A stretch of 63,473 nucleotides of DNA, the filler included, from an uncultured Methanosarcinales archaeon (GTDB lineage: Archaea; Nanobdellota; Nanobdellia; Woesearchaeales; CAXGTL01), in NCBI GenBank assembly GCA_964535955.1. It is 7 parts of 6 records of this genome, joined end to end, with 100 filler letters (N's around TTAATTAATTAA, not from the genome) between each part and the next. Parts side by side here need not be neighbours in the genome. Positions count along the whole stretch, not along the records: positions 1 to 3,301 come from CAZHVK010000001.1; positions 3,402 to 11,522 come from CAZHVK010000002.1; 5 more parts are not named here. One strand, given 5' to 3'. The notes under the pieces were generated by a model. The model saw nothing but the letters and a program-made list of their open reading frames with translations. It made no database searches and had not been told where the DNA came from. Within the stretch, counting starts at the first letter, position 1. Each line of letters starts with the position of its first letter. Shown one piece after another: positions 1 through 10,900 of this stretch. A program made the translations under genes and the position numbers.

Positions 1-2
1 GT

Positions 3-425
3 GCTAAGATTGCTAAGTATATTTTGTCAGAGATTAATGAGTTTCCTAAAGATAAAATTCCAATGATCATCAATGCAATCAAAGAGCACAGATTTAGTAA
101 AAGAATTAAACCTAAAGAATTAGAATCAAAGATTATTCAAGATGCTGATAGACTAGATTCAGTAGGTGCAATATCTATTATGAGAACATTTTGTTCTGCC
201 GGACAAATGGGAAAAGTATTTTATCATGAAAATGATCCTTTTTGTAAAAATAGGATTCCTGAAAGAAATAAATATGGATTAGATCTATTCTTTTATAGAT
301 TGTTAAAGATAAAAGAAACAATGAATACAAAAATTGGTAAAAAGATTGCTGATGCAAGAACTAATTTTCTACAGAGATTCTTGGAACAGTTTAAAGAGGA
401 AATAGAGATTGTTGTAAGTGGTTGA
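3..425 (+). CDS. HD-domain phosphohydrolase, 5'-truncated by window edge
   Basis: HRFS...IIQDADRLDSVGA motif and C-terminal T..GK.IA..R helix typical of small HD hydrolases; frame is open to the window start. Confidence 0.85.
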   Translation, partial: AKIAKYILSEINEFPKDKIPMIINAIKEHRFSKRIKPKELESKIIQDADRLDSVGAISIMRTFCSAGQMGKVFYHENDPFCKNRIPERNKYGLDLFFYRLLKIKETMNTKIGKKIADARTNFLQRFLEQFKEEIEIVVSG

Positions 426-431
426 ATGTGA

Positions 432-1532
432 ATGAAAATGGATAATGAAAAAATAATAAATGTATATGATATGGACATTGGAAAAGATCCTGATGATACA
501 TGTGTGGCTGTGATGGTTGCACTTGCACCTCGAAGATTTAAGCCTGGACTTTTGATCACTAATGATGAAGCTGAATCATTTGGGAGGGCCAGGTTCTTAG
601 CACAGGTTGTTAATAATATTAATGCATGGGACAGAATTCCTGTTGCAGCTGGTCTGCCAAGTACAAAAAAGAGGAAAGATGTTTTAGTTGAAAGAAAAGG
701 TTTGATTACAGAAAATTATCCTTTTATCAAAGATGGAATTGATTATCTTACACAAGTATTAGATAGTTATGGTCGTATAAAATATTATGGATTAGGTGCA
801 TTAACTAATCTTGCAACTGTGTTAAAAAGATATCCTGAGTTTTCTGATAAGATAAGATTATATCAGATGGGTATGGCTTTTAAAGATATATACAGAAGAA
901 ATGCTCCACAATATAATGTTAGACTTGACATTGATAGTTTTAGATACATATTGGAAAATGTTGAACATAAGAAGTTCTTGATGAGCCATACTAGTTGGGG
1001 TAATTATGAGAATAAAAAAGATAATAGACAAGAATTAGGAATATATGTTAATGATCCTGTATATTCTTCATTACAATACCATATGAATAGTGGTATGAAA
1101 TTATTTGCAAAACATCTTAAATTATGGAATGATACTGGAAAAGATTGTTCTGTTATGCATGACCCATTAACTGTCTTAAGTGGAAGAGACACAAGATATC
1201 CTTTAGTTGAATATGTTAAAGGTGATATTATATTTAGTGATGATGGATTTGTTGAACTTACACCTGAAACCAAAGAAAAATTTTTAGAAATGGACAGAAA
1301 TTCAAATAAAAACCTTGATAAAATAATCAGGCATCTGTATAATGAGAATAATTTAGATGGTAAAATTATTAAAGATGTTGAGTTTAGTCTTAGAACAGAT
1401 TATAATTATGTACGAAGAAAAATACTAGAATGTCTTTTTGGAAAACAGACCATCTATTATAGAAATAATAGTGGTTATCTTATAAGATTAGCAGAAGAAT
1501 GGAAAAAATATAATATAAATAGATGGACCTAA
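432..1532 (+). CDS. Nucleoside hydrolase-like protein (IU-NH family), divergent
   Basis: N-terminal DMDIGKDPDD, GALTNLA, YNVRLD and MHDPL motifs. Confidence 0.75.
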   Translation: MKMDNEKIINVYDMDIGKDPDDTCVAVMVALAPRRFKPGLLITNDEAESFGRARFLAQVVNNINAWDRIPVAAGLPSTKKRKDVLVERKGLITENYPFIKDGIDYLTQVLDSYGRIKYYGLGALTNLATVLKRYPEFSDKIRLYQMGMAFKDIYRRNAPQYNVRLDIDSFRYILENVEHKKFLMSHTSWGNYENKKDNRQELGIYVNDPVYSSLQYHMNSGMKLFAKHLKLWNDTGKDCSVMHDPLTVLSGRDTRYPLVEYVKGDIIFSDDGFVELTPETKEKFLEMDRNSNKNLDKIIRHLYNENNLDGKIIKDVEFSLRTDYNYVRRKILECLFGKQTIYYRNNSGYLIRLAEEWKKYNINRWT

Positions 1533-1580
1533 TTAAAAAAATCTCAACATTTATATATTAATTATAATTTTCTTTTATTT

Positions 1581-3301
1581 ATGGCAAAGAAAGGTGGTAA
1601 ATTTGAAACAAAAGCGCATGAAATGGCTGCGCAGCAAAAAGAAATATCTGTAGCTGAGTTTTTTGAAAAAAACAGACATCTTTTAGGTTTTGATAATAAA
1701 AGAAAAGCTTTAATGACAACTATAAAAGAAGCTGTTGACAATGCATTAGATGCTACAGAAGAAGCAAAGATTCTTCCAGAGATTATGGTAGAAGTAATTG
1801 ATATGGGTAATGATAGGTTTAAAGTTATTATTGAAGATAATGGACCTGGAATTCTTAAAAAAACAATTCCAAAGATTTTTGCAAAATTACTTTATGGAAG
1901 TAAGTTTCATAGATTGAGGCAATCAAGAGGTCAACAAGGTATAGGAATTTCAGCTTCTGTCATGTATGGACAATTAACAACTGGACGTGCTGCTAAGATT
2001 ATGTCAAAAATTCATCCTAGCAAACCTTCGCATTATTATGAGCTTAGGATTGATACAAGAACTAATAAACCTGTTATTGTTAAAGAAGAAGATATTGAAT
2101 GGAAAAAAGATCACGGTACAAGAGTTGAAATTGATCTTGAAGGAAGTTATCTTGGAGGATCACAATCTATTGACCAATATCTAAAACAAACTGCTATTAC
2201 TAACCCCCATGTTACAATTATTTATACTAATCCTAAAGCTCAACAACTGATTTTTCCAAGAGCTACAGAAGAATTACCAAAAGAATCAAAAGAAATAAAA
2301 CCTCATCCTTATGGTGTTGAGCTTGGTATTCTTATAAAGATGGTAAGGTCTACTGAAAGTAGAACTTTGCAAAGTTTTTTATCAAATGATTTTTCAAGAG
2401 TTGGTTCAGGAACTGCAAAAGAAATATGTAAAAATGCTGCTCTGCTTCCTAATACTAAACCAAAAGCTATGACAAGAGAGATGTCTGAAAAATTAATGAA
2501 TGGAATTAAACAAACAAGAATAATTAATCCTCCTACTGATTGTTTAAGTCCTATTGGAGAAGCTTTACTTGAAAAAGGTTTACGTAAGGAAATAAATGCT
2601 GAGTTTTATTGTGCAGCATCTAGACCACCAAATGTTTACAGAGGAAATCCTTTTCAAATGGAGGTTGCAATTGCATATGGAGGAGAACAAAGAGGTGATA
2701 ATTCTATAAATGTTTTTAGATATGCAAATAAAGTTCCTTTATTATATCAACAAGGTGCGTGTGCATCGTTTAAATCAATTACTCAAACTAATTGGAGACC
2801 TTATGGATTATCACAATCTCAAGGTTCATTACCAATTGGGCCTTGCACTGTTGTTGTTCATATGGCATCTGTATGGGTGCCTTTTACTTCTGAATCAAAA
2901 GAAGCAATTGCTCATTATCCTGCTATCTTAAAAGAAATGAGGCTGGCTCTTCAGGAGTGCGGTCGTAAGCTTTCATCTTATATACATAAGAAAAAAAGGA
3001 TACATGCTGAAGTACAAAAAAGAAGTTATATTGAAAAATACATTCCTCATGTTGCTCTTGGTCTTCGTGAACTGCTTCAACTTAAAAAAGCAGAAGAATT
3101 AAGAATCAGAGAAAAATTAAAAAAATTATTAGAACAAAAAAGAGGTAAATTAGCTAAGATTGGGCAAATTATAAATCCTGAATATGATAAAGAATTTGCA
3201 AATATTGGGAAGATTGTTGAGCAAGAGGTAAAAGAAAAACAAAAACAAGAAGCTGAAGAAGATAAAAAAAGAAATTTTGAAAAACAAGTTTCTGGCAAAT
3301 C
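1581..3301 (+). CDS. top6B: DNA topoisomerase VI subunit B (3' end at contig break)
   Basis: [42 protein letters not shown] motifs; [10 protein letters not shown]. Confidence 0.97.
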
Positions 3302-3401
3302 NNNNNNNNNNNNNNNNNNNNNNNNNNNNNNNNNNNNNNNNNNNNTTAATTAATTAANNNNNNNNNNNNNNNNNNNNNNNNNNNNNNNNNNNNNNNNNNN
3401 N
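3302..3401. other. Artificial contig spacer (N-run with TTAATTAATTAA)
   Basis: Identical 100-nt N/stop linker recurs six times. Confidence 0.98.
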
Positions 3402-3404
3402 ATA

Positions 3405-3518
3405 GGTATGTGCATGGTGTCTGTAAGACCAGTGAGAACATATCAGATTGTACAACTATCAGGGCTTTCTATTAAATAATATTACACTTAGAAAGTTCGA
3501 ACGAACCATGCACATACT
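3405..3518 (+). repeat. Family A structured dispersed element, copy 1
   Basis: gtatgtgcatggt-gtctGTAagac-caGTGAgaac...ctttcta..tagaaag-ttcGAACga-accatgcacatac. Confidence 0.85.
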
Positions 3519-3526
3519 AAAAAACT

Positions 3527-4102
3527 TCACCTTTTCTTAACATCAACTTCTTTACCATCTAGATAAACAAGTGTAGAAGCATTGCCAGACAATTTACCAG
3601 CATCAATCACAAAATCAACTTTTTCTTTCATAGACTCATCCATATCATCTAAACAAGTCATATTTTTCTGTCCAAAGATATTAGCACTTGTTGTAACAAT
3701 CGGCTTACCAATTTCAGCACAAACTTGAGATATGAAATGATCAGGTATCCTAACACCAATTGTATCAGAACTAAAATTAATATTCTTTGCAATAATTGTT
3801 TTATTTTTTAACTTAAGTATAAGAGTATAAGCACCTGGCAATTTCTCCAGATACTCTCTAACATTATCATTTATAACACAATTATCAAGTATCCATTGCT
3901 TGCTAGGAGCAATCACTGAAACAGGTTTTTCACCTGGTAAACCTTTAATCAACCGAAGCTTAGCAACAGCATCAAAATTAGTAGCATCACACCCAATACC
4001 ATAGATTGTATCTGTTGGATATATGAATACAGCACCTTCTAATATCTTGCCAATAACACCTACTTTATAATCCTCGAATTCAGACGCTTTTATTATCTTC
4101 AT
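3527..4102 (-). CDS. Sua5/YrdC/TsaC threonylcarbamoyl-AMP synthase
   Basis: YPTDTIYGIGCDA, PGAYTLIL, IGVRIP, TTSAN, STLV motifs; start moved to ATG 4102 because the ORF extension runs through a repeat element and a TATA-like box lies ~25 nt upstream. Confidence 0.93.
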   Translation of the reverse strand: MKIIKASEFEDYKVGVIGKILEGAVFIYPTDTIYGIGCDATNFDAVAKLRLIKGLPGEKPVSVIAPSKQWILDNCVINDNVREYLEKLPGAYTLILKLKNKTIIAKNINFSSDTIGVRIPDHFISQVCAEIGKPIVTTSANIFGQKNMTCLDDMDESMKEKVDFVIDAGKLSGNASTLVYLDGKEVDVKKR

Positions 4103-4144
4103 ATGATATAGGAAGTGATTAGTGTTTTTAAACTTTGTTAAAAA

Positions 4145-4316
4145 AAGTATGTGTATGGTGCCTGTAAGGCCTGTCATAAATCGAAGATTTATGATCATGC
4201 TCAGAAATGTTCCACATTTCTGACAAGTGAGCAATTATTAGGATTGTAAAACCTAACTAGTGATCAATTAGTCATAATAAAAACATTGAGCATGCGAACG
4301 AATCATGCACATACTT
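4145..4316 (+). repeat. Family A element, copy 2 (interrupted by a family B insertion)
   Basis: agtatgtgtatggt-gcctGTAaggc-c[54-nt insert]aGTGAgca...attgagca-tgcGAACga-atcatgcacatact. Confidence 0.85.
4172..4225. mobile_element. Family B twin-hairpin miniature insertion, copy 1
   Basis: tgTCATAAATC-gaa-GATTTATGA-tcatgc-TCAGAAATG-ttcca-CATTTCTGAca; removing it restores CAGTGA of family A. Confidence 0.75.
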
Positions 4317-4527
4317 AAAGATGACCAATACAATATATATATTAAAAAACATATATTAAATATACCAAAGTAATATATCTCTAAACAACTACCTATATAT
4401 AGATAATTATATCGTAAATATCGCGATTACATATAATAAACACTTATTAAGCAGTTAGGTTAATAAATGTATAATAGTGAAGGGGGATGAAATATTTGAT
4501 TATAGAGATTAATAAAAAGATACTCAA

Positions 4528-5907
4528 GTGGTTAAAATCTTTAAAAAAAAACAAATCCAAATATTAGCAATATTTATTATTCTGCTTATCTTAGGTATAC
4601 CTCTATCATCTGCACAAACAATAGATAAAGGATCTATGAATTTTAAATATGATGAAAATGGCAATTTAATTCGAGGTGTAGATGAATACTATGTTTACAA
4701 TTCTTTGAATCAATTAACAGAAATAAAAGAAAAGAATGCAAATGGTAGAACATTAGCAAAATACTTTTATGATGAAACAGGTCAAAGAATTAAAAAAATA
4801 TCTTATGATGAACAAGAAAATTCTAAAACAACATATTACATTGATAAAAATTATGTAAAAGAAAAAGATTCTAATGGAGAAACAGACACAACTTATTATT
4901 ATGGACCATTAGGCTTAGCAGCTGAAAAAGATCAAGATGAAAATTACAAATATTATCATCCTAATCATCTTGGTAGCACACATATAACCACAGATGAAAA
5001 TGCAGAAGTAATTGAAGAAACAGCTTACAAACCATTTGGTCTTTCTTTAGAAGGAGGAAAATCAAGATACACATACACTGGCCAAGAAGATGACAAAGAA
5101 TCTTCTCTAATGTATTACAATGCTCGTTACTATTCTCCTTTACTAAGACATTTTACACAACCTGATACAATTCTTCCTAATGTTTATGATCCGCAGCAAT
5201 TGAATAAATATGGTTACGTAAGCAATAATCCTGTAAAGAATACTGATCCGAGTGGCAATTATGCTTGCGCAGGACCATGCGAAGTTGCAACTGGTACTTA
5301 CCTTCTCTATTTAGGTCTTGCATATCTTGGAGGATTATTATTATCAACAACAAATTCTAATGATTATAAGGATTATTATATGCCTACAAATTATCCATAC
5401 CAGTATCCAAATGTAGAGATAGAATTTCCTGTTGCACCAGGAACAGAGCTCCCCACATACTTTCCTCCTCCAAATCCCACATTGGAAGGAACAATAAATT
5501 TTCCAGGCGCTCCAGGATTTGATACTCCTTATTCATTTCCGCCAGCTTATGATACTGATTTACCTTTATTATTTCCAACACCCAATCTTAACGAAGAAAT
5601 GGAGCTTCAAGTTAAAAATCCGCTCGGAAGAAGATTTGAAGATGGAACAGAATCTTATTGGTCAGAACCATACCTTCCTTATTATATTGAACCAACAGGA
5701 GAAGAAGTAGCTTTGACAAGGGTAAATGAATTAGGAAGAATAACACAAGTACGTTGGTATGATGAATTTGGAAGAGCTACTAAAGATTTAGATCTAACAG
5801 ACCATGGAAGAGGGGATCATAAACCAGGACACACCCATAAAATCGATCCTGTTGATCCTAAGAATCCCAAAGCAGGAATAAAGAGGTTTCCACCAAATGT
5901 TGATTAA
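4528..5907 (+). CDS. Short secreted RHS-core protein with C-terminal putative nuclease toxin (Ntox24-like)
   Basis: Signal peptide, YD repeats, HPNHLGS, YTGQE, YYNARYY, QPD...NNPVKNTDPSG core, Pro-rich linker, tip RWYDEFGRATKDLDLTDHG..DH..GHTH. Confidence 0.85.
   Translation: MVKIFKKKQIQILAIFIILLILGIPLSSAQTIDKGSMNFKYDENGNLIRGVDEYYVYNSLNQLTEIKEKNANGRTLAKYFYDETGQRIKKISYDEQENSKTTYYIDKNYVKEKDSNGETDTTYYYGPLGLAAEKDQDENYKYYHPNHLGSTHITTDENAEVIEETAYKPFGLSLEGGKSRYTYTGQEDDKESSLMYYNARYYSPLLRHFTQPDTILPNVYDPQQLNKYGYVSNNPVKNTDPSGNYACAGPCEVATGTYLLYLGLAYLGGLLLSTTNSNDYKDYYMPTNYPYQYPNVEIEFPVAPGTELPTYFPPPNPTLEGTINFPGAPGFDTPYSFPPAYDTDLPLLFPTPNLNEEMELQVKNPLGRRFEDGTESYWSEPYLPYYIEPTGEEVALTRVNELGRITQVRWYDEFGRATKDLDLTDHGRGDHKPGHTHKIDPVDPKNPKAGIKRFPPNVD
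4639..5259 (+). repeat. Duplicated RHS core-coding segment (colinear with 6484-7104)
   Basis: Two highly similar 621-bp segments ending just after the DPSG codons. Confidence 0.85.
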
Positions 5908-6370
5908 ACTAAAAATAAGAAAAATAGAAGAAAATTGTTTAGTGAATTTCAAAAATTTATTAGACGTAATTAAAAATTTAAAAGATATAGAAAAAACAAA
6001 ATGGACATTATCTAATTTAGAAGGAGGGGGCAGTCAAAATACTGAAAAGATAAAAAAGATGATTGAAAACAGTGACAGCAAAATTTATTTGTGTTCATTC
6101 AATACATTTTATGATTTATTTAGTTACAATGATTTCATAGTTTGGGGAAATTTTATTGGTTTTAATTTAAACAATTGTCAAATTTCAGATGTTATGCCCA
6201 GTGAAGATGATTTAACAAATAATTTACAGATAAAAAATATCAAAATAGAAATAAGAGTAGTTGATAGCAGTTTTTATGAAATATTATCAAAAGATGAAGA
6301 ACTTATCAAAAAAATAGAAGAAGAATTTGAAAATAACCAATGGACAATTGAAAAAGAGATAATAAAATGA
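5897..6370 (+). CDS. Putative cognate immunity protein
   Basis: Small acidic ORF overlapping the stop of the RHS toxin gene; no signal peptide; function inferred from position. Confidence 0.6.
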   Translation: MLIKLKIRKIEENCLVNFKNLLDVIKNLKDIEKTKWTLSNLEGGGSQNTEKIKKMIENSDSKIYLCSFNTFYDLFSYNDFIVWGNFIGFNLNNCQISDVMPSEDDLTNNLQIKNIKIEIRVVDSSFYEILSKDEELIKKIEEEFENNQWTIEKEIIK

Positions 6371-7908
6371 ACAATAAACAAAAAACAAAATCAATTCAAC
6401 TCATTGCAATAGTTTTAGCACTAATCATATTATGTATGCCTTTTTCATTTGCAGATTCTGCTTCTAATAATCAAGGAACAATAAATTTTGAATATGATGA
6501 AAATGGAAATCTTGTTAAAGGCATTGATGAATATTATGTATATAATTCGCTTAATCAATTAATAGAAATAAAAGAAAATAATGCCAATGGCAGAACATTG
6601 GCAAAATACTTTTATGATGAAACAAGTCAAAGGATTAAAAAAATAACATATGATCAAGATGGAAATTCTAAAATAACTTATTATATTGACAAAAATTATG
6701 TAAAAGAAAAAGATTCTAATGGAGAAAAAGACACAACTTATTATTATGACTCTATGTCATTAGTTGCTGAAAAAGACCAAGATGAAAATTATAAATATTA
6801 TCATCCAAATCATCTAGGAAGCACACACATAATCACAGATGAAAATGGTGAACTAATTGAAGAAACAACTTACAAACCTTTTGGTCTTTCTTTAGATGGC
6901 GGAGAATCAAGATATACATACACTGGCCAAGAAGATGATAAAGAATCACAATTAATGTATTACAATGCTCGTTATTATTCTCCTTTGTTAAGACATTTTA
7001 CACAACCTGATATTATGATTCAAGACACTTTTAATCCTCAATCTTTGAATAGATATAGTTATGCCCAAAATAATCCTGTAAAAAATTCAGATCCTAGTGG
7101 AAATTTTGTTTGTGGAGGATTATGTATCGCAGGAGCAGTAATATTGATTGGTGTTGTTGGAGGAGCAACAATTGGTGGAGGGGGTGAAGCAATAAGACAA
7201 GTCTGGACAGGAGAAGGCAGTTTATTTGAAGGCACTCTTAATTGGAAATCGATTGGTAAATCTGCTGCAATAGGTGGAGTAGCAGGAGGAGTAGGAGCTG
7301 GAACATTTGGAGTAGGAACAGCAATAGGTGGTGCTGCAGGTGTATCAGCTTCTGGAATGATTGCTGTTGAAGGTGTTAGTTCTGCAGTCGCAGGTATTAC
7401 AGCAGGACAAGCAGCAAGAGCAACAGAAAATACATTGTATGATAGACCTGTAACAGAAGGACTTGGAGATCTTGAGGATATGGGCTATTCAGCACTCATA
7501 GGAGTATTTACTTGGGGGGCACTTAGGACAGTAAGTACTGTAGCTAGACAATTTTCTAAACCAACACCTAAAGTTAATCTTCAAAGCAGCAAACCACAAA
7601 ATATACCAATAAAAGATCTACAAGGAATCCATAAATTAGATTCACCTAAAACAATATTTTCTGAACAAAGAATAGCAGGAGCAGCAACAAAAGGGCCTAT
7701 AGATGTTTACAATGTAAAAGGAAAATTAGTTATTGGTGATGGTCATGGAAGAACTGCAAGAGCAGCTATATTAGGAGGAAAATCTTCAGTTACAGGAGTT
7801 ATTCAAAATGCAGACCCTGCAAATGTAGCAGCACAAGAAACCGCAAATGCATTGCAAGGTTATCCAAAATATGATATGGAAACATTGATCCAAAATATAA
7901 AAAAATGA
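6367..7908 (+). CDS. Short secreted RHS-core protein with Gly/Ala-rich linker and ParB/Srx-like C-terminal domain
   Basis: Signal peptide, same RHS core ending NNPVKNSDPSG, glycine-rich hydrophobic region, tip IPIKDL...PIDVY...LVIGDGHGR. Confidence 0.85.
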   Translation: MNNKQKTKSIQLIAIVLALIILCMPFSFADSASNNQGTINFEYDENGNLVKGIDEYYVYNSLNQLIEIKENNANGRTLAKYFYDETSQRIKKITYDQDGNSKITYYIDKNYVKEKDSNGEKDTTYYYDSMSLVAEKDQDENYKYYHPNHLGSTHIITDENGELIEETTYKPFGLSLDGGESRYTYTGQEDDKESQLMYYNARYYSPLLRHFTQPDIMIQDTFNPQSLNRYSYAQNNPVKNSDPSGNFVCGGLCIAGAVILIGVVGGATIGGGGEAIRQVWTGEGSLFEGTLNWKSIGKSAAIGGVAGGVGAGTFGVGTAIGGAAGVSASGMIAVEGVSSAVAGITAGQAARATENTLYDRPVTEGLGDLEDMGYSALIGVFTWGALRTVSTVARQFSKPTPKVNLQSSKPQNIPIKDLQGIHKLDSPKTIFSEQRIAGAATKGPIDVYNVKGKLVIGDGHGRTARAAILGGKSSVTGVIQNADPANVAAQETANALQGYPKYDMETLIQNIKK

Positions 7909-7941
7909 AAAAATCAAATAATCAAAAGGTGCAAAAAAAAA

Positions 7942-10900
7942 ATGAATGAAAAAACCAATAAAATAAAAATGCTTGCAATCTTTTTCATAGTTTTGATTGT
8001 ATTTAGCCAATTAAGCTTAGCTGCAAGTGAACAAAAAATAGAAAAATTGGAGGTCAAAAGAGATTCTAAGGAAAACCCTAAATCTGATGGTAGACAAGTA
8101 AAGACTAAAAGCTCAACTAATGCTTTGTCAGCGAGCATGCCTACAGAAACACCACCTGCAATGCTTAACACAGGGGCAAAAGATTCATTTACAAATGTTC
8201 TCAGCAATCTTGATAAGGGTTCGTTCCATAATGATCTATTTTCAGGATCAGCAACTTATTCATATTCATTCAAAGTCCCACCAGCACCAAACAATTTTAT
8301 ACCGAAAGCATCAATTAACTATAACCATCACCAAGCAACACTAAGAACAGAACTAGGTAATGCATGGAGCTTAAGTAAAAGTTATATCTATAGAAATACA
8401 GAAGGAACAAGAACCCAAACAGATGATGACACTTATTACCTGGTCTTAAACGGAGCAACAGCAAAACTTGTTTATGTTCCAAATGAAGATAGATATCACA
8501 CAGAACAAGAAAGTTATTCACACATTAAACAAGATGGAGAAACCTGGACAGTAAAAACAAAAGAGGGAACAATATTTAGGTTTGGTATTAACCAGGAAAC
8601 AAGTCTAGAATCAAGTTTAGAATCATACACAAGCCTTTGGTATCTAGAAGAGGTTGAAGATACACATTCAAACAAGATAAATTATCATTATCTAAAAAAC
8701 CCAGAACAAGACAAATCAATGTACCTAGACAAGATAATTTACAGCACAAATGAGATCAAGTTTAACTACAATTTTAATGCACACAATGGATTCTATGGTT
8801 ATATCTATGGAACAAAGATTGAACAGACAGCATTACTAGACAATATAGAAATAAAAACAAACAATGTCTTGCAAAGAAAATATAAACTAGATTATAAGAC
8901 AATTGATGATAAAAAATTCTTAAACAAGATAAGAAAGATTGGAAATGATGGTACTTCTGAATTACCTCCTGTTGAGTTCAGATATTATGAAAATAGTAAA
9001 GGATGGACAATAGATAATAATTGGGTGCTTCCTGATGATGCCAACACAGGATGGGATAAAGATCTTGGAACCAGATTATTAGACTTTAATAGTGATGGTC
9101 TCACAGATATTATAAAATCAAGAGGCAATATTCACAATATATGGTATAATACAGGCAATGGTTTTACAGAAAAAAAGACACTTGACAATTTTATTCCTGG
9201 AGGAATAGCTAGCGGAAGTGTTGACAAAGGAGTAAGATTTGGGAATATTAATGAAGATGCAAAAATTGATGTAATAAAATCTGTCAAAGGAACAAACACA
9301 GTTAAAGAACTCAGGATTAACAAACAAGATCATCTTATTGAAGAGGAATCAAATTTTCCAGCAGAAGCTGCTTTTGTAGATATTAAAATTAATGATTGTA
9401 CTCCTGACCCTTGCGATCCTGGAGGAGAAGATCATGGAATAAAATGTTATGATACTAGTTGTAGAAGGAAATGTTATTATGAGAATAAAGTTTGTAGTAA
9501 CAATTGGGTATCTGTTCATGAAAGTCAAGGTAATGGATATGATGAAATGTATGATAGTGAGAATAGAGATATAACTAATGGTTATTATGTAAGTGGTAAT
9601 GATAAATGTTATAAATTTGAAGTAGATACACCAAATTCAGCTTATATAGGAATATATGAAGATGAATGTGATATAGGAGCAGAAGATGATGGAGATGTTG
9701 TATTTATAGCAGGTCTTTTTACAAATAGAGGTAGTAATTCATGGCTTCAAAAAGTCCCTGCAATAGACCAATACAGAAGTTGGTATGGAAATTTAGAAAA
9801 ACCATACAATGACGCAGATTTCGAAGGCAGCTACCTTACATCATATGAATGGACAGAAGAAAGTTTTGAATTTGGTGCTGAACCAAGATTTGCAGCTGAT
9901 AACAGAGAGGTATATTGTGCTCCTAATTATAAAAATGATTATGATACTTGTATTGCTTCAAACCTATATCCATGTGCATTTGGATGTGATAACGAGAGAA
10001 TTTATGCATATGTGCAATCCGGATATTATTATGATCCTGGACACGACTTCATTTCAACAATAGCACTTGATGATAATTGTGATAGACACCAAGTATGGAA
10101 CCATGCTGGTAAATATATTAAAATGAAAGTTTATGCTTCTGATACATCTATAGAAACTGATTGGATAGATAAAGTGTGTATGAAAACCACTGAGGTTAGG
10201 GATTTGGGTGTAAGATTAGCAGATGTAAATGGTGATGGAAAGACAGATATAGTAAAAGCCCCATATTTTGATAATTTAAAGAAAATATGGCTCAAAACAG
10301 ACAATGGTTGGGAAGAAAATGAAGAATGGAAACCAGAAATCAATATTCATTTTACATATCATTATGGTGAAAGCGATGGAACAATACTCATAGACATTAA
10401 TGGAGACAATTTACCAGATTTTATTAAAGGAAATGGTGGAGTGAGAAAGTTCTGGATTAATACTGGAAAAAATTGGATTGAAGATTCCACATGGAAACTA
10501 CCATATGAAGCAACAATAATTAAGGACAAAGAAAACCAAGGTGTTCAGATAACTGACATTAATTCTGATGGTCTACCAGATTTAATAAGAGCATACGATG
10601 ATATTAAAAAAATATGGATCAATAATGGAAGGGGTTGGACAGAAGATACAGAATGGATTTTACCTGACAAAACCAATTTCAGACTTTATGCATGGAGTTT
10701 AACAGACATTGAAGGAGATGCTTCACCTGACATAATATATGCAGCAGTTATGGATTCTAGTTGGGGTAAAGCTTATATAAACAAATATTCAAAACAATAC
10801 TTACTTAAAGAAATCAAAAACAATGTTGGTGGAACTACAAAGATAGATTATAAAAAAATAACTTCATTAGATAATACAGGAAATGATGCTTTAAGTGATT

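Noticed and set aside
3405..3518. Family A as a canonical hammerhead ribozyme
   Set aside because: The topology is reminiscent, but CUGANGA and GAAA are not present (CAGUGA and GAACGA instead), and GY/RC covary as ordinary base pairs.
4639..7104. Diversity-generating retroelement TR/VR pair
   Set aside because: Differences between the two RHS cores are not adenine-specific and no reverse transcriptase is present; this is ordinary paralogy.
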